This document shows, piece by piece, positions 58,288 to 64,000 of a stretch of DNA of 64,000 nt. Location: positions 3,296,001 through 3,360,000 of the forward strand of contig CBDFKD010000002.1 in NCBI GenBank assembly GCA_965248695.1, given 5' to 3'. Within the stretch, counting starts at the first letter, position 1. Each line of letters opens with the position of its first letter. A model generated the notes under the pieces. The model saw only the letters and a program-made list of their open reading frames with translations. It searched no databases and was not told the origin of the DNA. This DNA comes from Acidobacteriota bacterium (GTDB taxonomy: Bacteria; Acidobacteriota; UBA890; WLXD01). Position numbers and translations under genes: made by a program.

Positions 58288-59561
58288 TGACGTCGGCGGC
58301 TGAAGCCTACGACGTCATCGTCGTGGGCGGCGGTCCAGCAGGGTCGGCGACCGCGACGATGACCGCAGATGGTGGGCGGCGAGTGCTGCTCCTGGAACGC
58401 GAGGAGTTTCCGCGTTTCCGCATCGGCGAGTCGCTCATGCCGGCGACCTACTGGACGCTCCAGCGCCTCGGCGTGCTGGAGCACATGAACGACAGTGTCT
58501 TCCCCCACAAGCACTCGGTTCAGTTCTTCTCCAAGAGCGGCCGTGCATCGGTGCCGTTCTACTTCTCGGAGACCGAGCCCGGACCGAGCGCCCAGACCTG
58601 GCAGGTGAATCGCGGGGAGTTCGACCTGATGCTGTTGAACAACGCCCGCGAGCACGGGGTCGAGGTGCACGAGCGCGCCCGCGTGACGGACATGCTGTTC
58701 GACGGAGAGCGCGCGTCCGGTGTCGAGGCGAGCTTCGCCGACGGATCTACTCGACGGCTGCAGGCCGGCGTTGTCGTCGACGCCACCGGCCAGTCCGCCA
58801 TGCTCGCCAAGCGACTCAACCTCCGACAGGAGGATCCCAACCTCAGGAACTGCTCGTTCTACACCCGGTATGAAGGCGGCTGGCGCGGGGAGGGAGTCGA
58901 CGAGGGGGCTACCCTGATCCTTTACACGGAGCAGCCGCGAACCTGGTTCTGGTACATCCCGTTGCCGGATGGGGTCGTGAGCGCCGGGGTCGTGGGCCCT
59001 ATCGATCGATTGGTGACGGGCCGCGCGCGGAACCCGCAGGTGGTCTATGACGAGGAGGCCGCAGGATGTCCGGCGCTGCTGGAGAAGATCGCCCAAGCCC
59101 GACAGCTGCATGAAGTGCGGGTCCTGAAGGACTTCTCATACGCCAGCAAACGCGTCGCCGGTGACGGCTGGGTGATGGTCGGCGACGCCTTCGGCTTTAT
59201 CGATCCGATCTATTCATCGGGCGTGTTCCTCGCCCTGAAGGGCGCCGAATACACCGCCGACTCGATACTCGATGCGTTCGATCACGGAGAGCTGTCGGCG
59301 ACCCGGCTGGGACAACACGGCGACGAGTTCCTCGCAGGCGTCGAGGCCATGCGCAAGCTGGTGTACGCCTACTACTCTGAGGAATTCAACTTCGCGAAGT
59401 TCCTGGGTAAGTATCCCGATCTCAAGGACGATCTGGTGAACCTGCTGATCGGCAACGTTTACAGAAAAAACGTCAGCCGGCTGCTAGAGTCGATGGAGGA
59501 ATTCTGCCCGTTACCGGCGTACGAGCCCTTCCGACTCCAGGAAACGACGGGCAAGCGCTAG
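58287..59561 (+). CDS. Flavin-dependent halogenase-like oxidoreductase
   Basis: ATG overlaps the receptor stop (TGATG); GGGPAG, FPRFRIGESL, FPHK, VVDATG, WFWYIP, GDAFGFIDPIYSSGV. Confidence 0.85.
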   Translation: MTSAAEAYDVIVVGGGPAGSATATMTADGGRRVLLLEREEFPRFRIGESLMPATYWTLQRLGVLEHMNDSVFPHKHSVQFFSKSGRASVPFYFSETEPGPSAQTWQVNRGEFDLMLLNNAREHGVEVHERARVTDMLFDGERASGVEASFADGSTRRLQAGVVVDATGQSAMLAKRLNLRQEDPNLRNCSFYTRYEGGWRGEGVDEGATLILYTEQPRTWFWYIPLPDGVVSAGVVGPIDRLVTGRARNPQVVYDEEAAGCPALLEKIAQARQLHEVRVLKDFSYASKRVAGDGWVMVGDAFGFIDPIYSSGVFLALKGAEYTADSILDAFDHGELSATRLGQHGDEFLAGVEAMRKLVYAYYSEEFNFAKFLGKYPDLKDDLVNLLIGNVYRKNVSRLLESMEEFCPLPAYEPFRLQETTGKR

Positions 59562-59622
59562 CTGCCTGGGCGACCGAAGCCGATAAGCGCCAAGCCGCAG
59601 TCGACCGTCCGATGAGGTGCGT

Positions 59623-59844
59623 ATGAGTGGCAACCGTCTGAAGCTGTACGGCCTGCTGGCGCTGCTGTATGTCCTGCACACCGATTGGTGGCTGTGGAAC
59701 GACGCGCGGCTGTGGTTCGGGTTGCCGGTGGGGTTGCTGTACCACCTCGTGTACATGCTGGCGACGGCCGTGGTGATGTACATGCTCGTTACCCAGGCGT
59801 GGCCACGGCACCTGGAGCTCGATGACGCCGGAGATGACCGATGA
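59623..59844 (+). CDS. Small two-TM membrane protein (DUF3311/DUF997-like symporter companion)
   Basis: LHTDWWLW...FGLPVGLLYH; GAGG RBS; overlaps the start of the symporter gene. Confidence 0.75.
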   Translation: MSGNRLKLYGLLALLYVLHTDWWLWNDARLWFGLPVGLLYHLVYMLATAVVMYMLVTQAWPRHLELDDAGDDR

Positions 59845-61310
59845 CGCTGGCGATCATCGCCGCCTACATGGTGGTCGTGCTGGCGATCGGCGCGTCCAGC
59901 AATCGGCTGTTCAAGCGCACCGGCGTCGACTACTTCCTCGCCACCCGTTCCATCGGCCCGTTCTTGCTGTTGATGTCGCTGTTCGGCACCAACATGACCG
60001 CGTTCGCGCTGCTGGGCGCATCGGGTGAGGCCTACCACGCCGGCATCGGGGTGTTCGGCTTCATGCCGGCGATCTCAGGACTGTTGATCCCGGCAATTTT
60101 CTTCTTCGTCGGCACGCGGGCGTGGGCGGTGGGGAAGCGCCACGGCTACGTGACGCAGGTGCAGTTTTTCCGCGACCGCTGGGGCTCGGATTCGCTCGGA
60201 CTGCTGCTGTTTGTGGTGCTGGTTGGCCTGGTGATCCCCTACCTGCTCATCGGCGTGATGGCCGGCGGGGTGACGCTCAACCAGGTGACCGGAGGCGAGG
60301 TGCCGGAATGGGTCGGCGGTCTGGTGATCTGCCTGGTCGTGTTGACCTACGTCACGTTCGGGGGATTGCGCGGCACCGCCTGGGTCAACACATTCCAGAC
60401 GATCGTCTTCATGGTGCTCGGCGCGGCCACCGTCTTCGTAGTGTTTCGCAACATGGGTGGCCTCGGAACGGTGATGGGCAGAATCGCGGCGGAGGCGCCG
60501 GAGCTCCTGGTACGGGAAGGCAATTTCTCGACGGTGCGCTGGCTGACGTACTCGCTCATTCCCCTGTCTCCGGCGATGTTCCCGCACATGTTCATGCACT
60601 GGCTGAGCGCCAGGCGGCTGGAGAACTTCCGCCTCACAGTGATGGTGTATCCGCTGTGCATCGCCGCTGTCTGGCTCCCCCCGGTCCTGCTCGGGATCGC
60701 CGGTCGGCTCGACTTTCCCGGGCTCGTCGGCGGCCAGTCCAACTCGATCCTGGTCCGCATGATCACTATGCACGCCCCCGGAGTCCTCGCCGGGCTGCTG
60801 GCAGCCGGGGTGTTCGCCGCCGTGATGTCGTCGCTCGACTCACAGGTGCTGTCGCTGGGAACCATGTTCACAGAGGACATCGTGCGCCACTACGGTCGGG
60901 CCGACGGCCTCACCGACCGGCAACAGATTCTCTCCGGACGGCTCTTCGTGGCGGGGATCCTGGCGTTCACCTACGCCCTGTTCCTGGTCTCGAACCGCAG
61001 CATCTTCGACCTCGCTACCTGGTCGTTCACCGGGTTCGCGGCGCTGGCCCCGATCGCCATCGGTGCGCTGTTCTGGCGCCGTAGCACCAAGGAGGGGGCC
61101 ACGGCCTGCGTCGGCACCGTGGTTGTCCTATGGAGCTATTTCTTCTACCAGGGGTGGGGTGACCGCACCTATACCGTCGGCGGCAGCGGCGTCATGGCGG
61201 TGGCGGTGATCCTGGCGGCATCAACCGTGGCGATGGTAGTCGTGTCGCTGCTGACGACCCCGCCGGATGACGAGCACGTCAACCGATTCATCGCTCCGCC
61301 AGCCGGCTAG
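59841..61310 (+). CDS. Sodium:solute symporter (SSS) family protein
   Basis: DYFLATRSIG, YVTFGGLRGTAW, AAVMSSLDSQ; about 13 TM helices. Confidence 0.92.
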   Translation: MTLAIIAAYMVVVLAIGASSNRLFKRTGVDYFLATRSIGPFLLLMSLFGTNMTAFALLGASGEAYHAGIGVFGFMPAISGLLIPAIFFFVGTRAWAVGKRHGYVTQVQFFRDRWGSDSLGLLLFVVLVGLVIPYLLIGVMAGGVTLNQVTGGEVPEWVGGLVICLVVLTYVTFGGLRGTAWVNTFQTIVFMVLGAATVFVVFRNMGGLGTVMGRIAAEAPELLVREGNFSTVRWLTYSLIPLSPAMFPHMFMHWLSARRLENFRLTVMVYPLCIAAVWLPPVLLGIAGRLDFPGLVGGQSNSILVRMITMHAPGVLAGLLAAGVFAAVMSSLDSQVLSLGTMFTEDIVRHYGRADGLTDRQQILSGRLFVAGILAFTYALFLVSNRSIFDLATWSFTGFAALAPIAIGALFWRRSTKEGATACVGTVVVLWSYFFYQGWGDRTYTVGGSGVMAVAVILAASTVAMVVVSLLTTPPDDEHVNRFIAPPAG

Positions 61311-61320
61311 CCGACCCTGG

Positions 61321-62619
61321 ATGCGTATCGCCTACATCACGGCCGGCGCCGCGGGGATGTACTGCGGTAGCTGTCTGCACGACAACACGCTTGCAGCGGC
61401 GCTGCAGCAGCGCGGACACGACGTTGCGCTGATTCCCATGTACACGCCGATTCGCACCGACGAAGACGATGTGAGCATCGACCGCGTCTTCTACGGCGCC
61501 GTCAACGTCTACCTGGAACAACGCTGGAAGCTGTTCCAGCGCAGCCCCGGCTTCTTGCACTGGCTGCTCGATCGGCCAGCCTTGCTGCGCGGCGTCTTAC
61601 GCCTGGCGGGCCCGAGCGCCACCCAGGGCGAGGAACTCGGGCAGCTGGCGCTGTCGGTGTTGCGCGGCGAGGACGGCCGTCAGCGTCCGGAGCTCGAGCG
61701 GCTGGTGGCGTGGCTGCGGGACGATTTCAAGCCGCAGATCGTTCACATAACCAACGCCCTCTTGCTCGGGCTGGCGCGCAGCCTCAAGCGCGAGCTTAGT
61801 GTGCCGGTGTTGTGCGGCGTCCAGGGCGAGGACCTGTTCATCGACGAGATAGTGGAGCCTTACCGAACACGCTTCGTGTCGGAGTTGCGGGCCCATGCCA
61901 TCGATGTCGACGGGTTCGTGGCACCGAATCGGTACTACGCTGACCACGTACGCGGCTACCTCGGGACAGCAGCCGAGAAGATTCGCGTGGTCAGACTCGG
62001 AGTCACACTGCACGGCCGCGAGACCCGAGCACGGCCCGCCGATGCCCCGTTCACCATCGGGTTTCTCGCCAGGCAATGTCCGGAAAAGGGACTCCACCGT
62101 CTCATCGCTGCTTTCCGTCAGCTGACCCAGCGCGCCGCCGATCAACCGATCCGCCTGCGCGTCGCCGGGTATGTGGGCAAGCGGGACGCGGCGTACGTGG
62201 ATGAGCAGCGACGCCTGGTGGCCGACCAGGGCTTGTCGGGCCAGGTCGATTGGGTCGGCGAGGTCGACCGCGACGCCAAGATGCAGTTTCTCGGTTCCAT
62301 TGACGTCCTCTGCCTGCCGACTGTCTACAGAGAATCCAAGGGACTGCCAGCGCTCGAGGCGATGGCCAGCTCCGTGCCCGTGGTAGTGCCCGCACACGGC
62401 GGCTTCCCTGAGCTCATCGAGTGGACCGGCGGTGGACTGTTGTTCGATCCAGACTCGGAGGAGGCCGTGGTGGACGCGCTCGAAGCGCTAATGCGCGATC
62501 CTGAGCGACGCCGTGAGCTCGGGCGCGCCGGTAGGCAGGTTGTCGAGCGCGAGCTCTCTGATGAAGCAATGGCGGCGGCAACGCTGCGTGAGTACGAGCG
62601 GTGGGTATGCACGAGCTGA
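61321..62619 (+). CDS. Glycosyltransferase family 4 (GT-B)
   Basis: MRIAYIT, GHDVAL, PEKGLHRL, ESKGLPALEAMA..VPVV, GGFPELI. Confidence 0.9.
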   Translation: MRIAYITAGAAGMYCGSCLHDNTLAAALQQRGHDVALIPMYTPIRTDEDDVSIDRVFYGAVNVYLEQRWKLFQRSPGFLHWLLDRPALLRGVLRLAGPSATQGEELGQLALSVLRGEDGRQRPELERLVAWLRDDFKPQIVHITNALLLGLARSLKRELSVPVLCGVQGEDLFIDEIVEPYRTRFVSELRAHAIDVDGFVAPNRYYADHVRGYLGTAAEKIRVVRLGVTLHGRETRARPADAPFTIGFLARQCPEKGLHRLIAAFRQLTQRAADQPIRLRVAGYVGKRDAAYVDEQRRLVADQGLSGQVDWVGEVDRDAKMQFLGSIDVLCLPTVYRESKGLPALEAMASSVPVVVPAHGGFPELIEWTGGGLLFDPDSEEAVVDALEALMRDPERRRELGRAGRQVVERELSDEAMAAATLREYERWVCTS

Positions 62620-63026
62620 CGATTCAACGCAAAGTCGAGTTCTCTGACACGGACATGGCGGGAATTGTGCACTTCTCCCGACTGATCGTATTCATGGAGA
62701 ACGCCGAGCATGCGTTCATCGAAGCCCTTGGCGCGAGCGTGCATATGGACCACGATGGGGTACATCTTGGATGGCCACGCGTCGCGGTGGAGGCACAGTT
62801 CAAGTCGCCGGCACGGTTCAACGATGTCGTCGACATCCACCTGCGGGTGCTGCGCAAGGGAAGCAAGGCGCTGACGTACGGGTTCACCATCTGCGTCGGC
62901 GACCGCCTGGTCGGTACCGGGACCATGACATCAGTCTGCTGTGCGATGGAGGAATCGGGGCCACGGGCCATCGAGATTCCCGCTTTCCTCGCCGATCAGA
63001 TCCAGGAAGCTGGGAGCGTCGAGTAG
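62607..63026 (+). CDS. Hotdog-fold acyl-CoA thioesterase (4HBT family)
   Basis: VEFSDTDMAGIVHFS, WPRV...FKSPARFND. Confidence 0.9.
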   Translation: MHELTIQRKVEFSDTDMAGIVHFSRLIVFMENAEHAFIEALGASVHMDHDGVHLGWPRVAVEAQFKSPARFNDVVDIHLRVLRKGSKALTYGFTICVGDRLVGTGTMTSVCCAMEESGPRAIEIPAFLADQIQEAGSVE

Positions 63027-63053
63027 CCAGATCGACGGATCCGGAGGAATCGC

Positions 63054-63722
63054 GTGGACCTGCAGGTTGCCAACGTCGTCAAGCAATTCGAGATCGGCGA
63101 GTTGACCGTGCCGGTGCTCGACGGGGTGTCGTTCGACGTTGCCGCGGGCGACTCGGCGGCCATCATGGGGCCCTCGGGCTCCGGCAAGAGCACGCTGCTG
63201 CATATCATCGGCACACTCGAGCCACCGACGAACGGCACGGTGAAGATCGGTGGTCGCGAGCCCCTCGGTCTGAGCGAGCCGGACATGGCGCGATTTCGTA
63301 ACGAGTCCATCGGCTTCGTCTTTCAGGATCATCATCTCCTGCCTCAATACAGCGTGCTCGAGAACACGCTCGTGCCCACGCTGGCTTTCGGCGGACGCGA
63401 AGCCGGTGATGAACGCGCCCGGCGGCTGTTGGGGCGTGTCGGGTTGGGCCATCGACTCGACCATCGGCCAGCGCAGCTGTCCGGCGGCGAGCGCCAGCGG
63501 GTAGCGATCGCGCGTGCCTTGATCAATCAGCCGGCGGTGCTGCTTTGCGACGAGCCGACCGGGAACCTCGATCGCCACACTGCCGATGCGGTCGCGGATT
63601 TGCTGCTGGAGTTGCATGAGCACGAGTCCAACGTGCTCTTGGTGGTGACGCACAGCTCAGATCTGGCGCAGCGTTTCAGACGCCGGCTGGAGTTGCGGGA
63701 GGGCCGGTGCATAGAGGGCTGA
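63054..63722 (+). CDS. ABC transporter ATP-binding protein (LolD/MacB-type)
   Basis: GPSGSGKST, FVFQ, LSGGERQR, DEPTGNLD, VTH. Confidence 0.95.
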   Translation: MDLQVANVVKQFEIGELTVPVLDGVSFDVAAGDSAAIMGPSGSGKSTLLHIIGTLEPPTNGTVKIGGREPLGLSEPDMARFRNESIGFVFQDHHLLPQYSVLENTLVPTLAFGGREAGDERARRLLGRVGLGHRLDHRPAQLSGGERQRVAIARALINQPAVLLCDEPTGNLDRHTADAVADLLLELHEHESNVLLVVTHSSDLAQRFRRRLELREGRCIEG

Positions 63723-64000
63723 CGCATCACTGGCGAGTCAACATCACCGTGGCGCTGGCGGTTGCCGTGTGCACGGCGGTGCTGACCGGAGCCCTGCTGG
63801 TGGGCGATTCCGTGCGCGCCAGCCTGCGCGATCTCACCCTCGACCGTCTCGGCCATATCGACTCGTCGCTCGTGGCCGAGCGCTTCTTCCGCGCCGACCT
63901 CGCCGGCGAGATCGCCGCCCAGCCTGATTTCGACCCCGACTTCGAGCGCGTCGTGGGCGCCATCTTGCTAAGAGGCAACGCCGTCCACGCCGGCTCCCGG
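63707..64000 (+). CDS. FtsX-like ABC permease, N-terminus only (runs off the window)
   Basis: Not in the ORF track. From GTG 63707: MHRGLTHHWRVNITVALAVAVCTAVLTGALLVGDSVRASLRDLTLDRLG, a typical first TM of FtsX-like permeases; overlaps the ATPase gene. Confidence 0.75.
   Translation, partial: MHRGLTHHWRVNITVALAVAVCTAVLTGALLVGDSVRASLRDLTLDRLGHIDSSLVAERFFRADLAGEIAAQPDFDPDFERVVGAILLRGNAVHAGSR

Noticed and set aside
59623-59844. RiPP precursor peptide for the radical SAM/halogenase
   Set aside because: It is hydrophobic with two TM segments and overlaps the SSS gene, as is typical of symporter companion proteins.
1-64000. CRISPR array, rRNA, tRNA, transposase, integrase, phage or recognisable anti-phage defence genes
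   Set aside because: No regularly spaced repeat-spacer series, cloverleaf, rRNA-like tract or diagnostic protein motifs were seen by eye.

Overview
High-GC (about two-thirds GC by inspection), gene-dense bacterial chromosomal segment. A PadR + duplicated-FtsX (ADOP-type) permease pair and a GWxTD-like protein suggest Acidobacteriota (inference from gene families, not from a marker gene). About 50 CDSs are supportable; I found no rRNA, tRNA, CRISPR array, transposase, integrase or phage gene. Main blocks: (1) 1-22.3 kb, mixed secreted hydrolases and metabolic genes, including a SorAB-like molybdo-enzyme/cytochrome c pair, an atypical kinase-like membrane protein and a kinase-M23-aminotransferase triple fusion; (2) 22.3-32 kb, transport genes: three tandem periplasmic adaptors plus a MacB-type permease without an ATPase, and a frameshifted ADOP permease; (3) a 280-bp non-coding element with perfect 35-bp terminal inverted repeats at 32998-33277; (4) 33.3-45 kb, a tryptophan -> anthranilate -> anthraniloyl-CoA catabolic cluster (kynA, kynU, abm-like genes) that lacks kynB but carries a creatininase-family amidohydrolase; (5) 51.1-64 kb, a tightly packed operon of at least 12 genes running off the window (Fe-ADH, two PQQ-type propellers, non-canonical HemN-like radical SAM, TonB receptor, flavin halogenase-like enzyme, Na+:solute symporter, GT4, thioesterase, ABC exporter), the best candidate for an undescribed pathway. 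All product calls come from reading motifs by eye; no database searches were run, and many start codons were re-picked relative to the ORF track.
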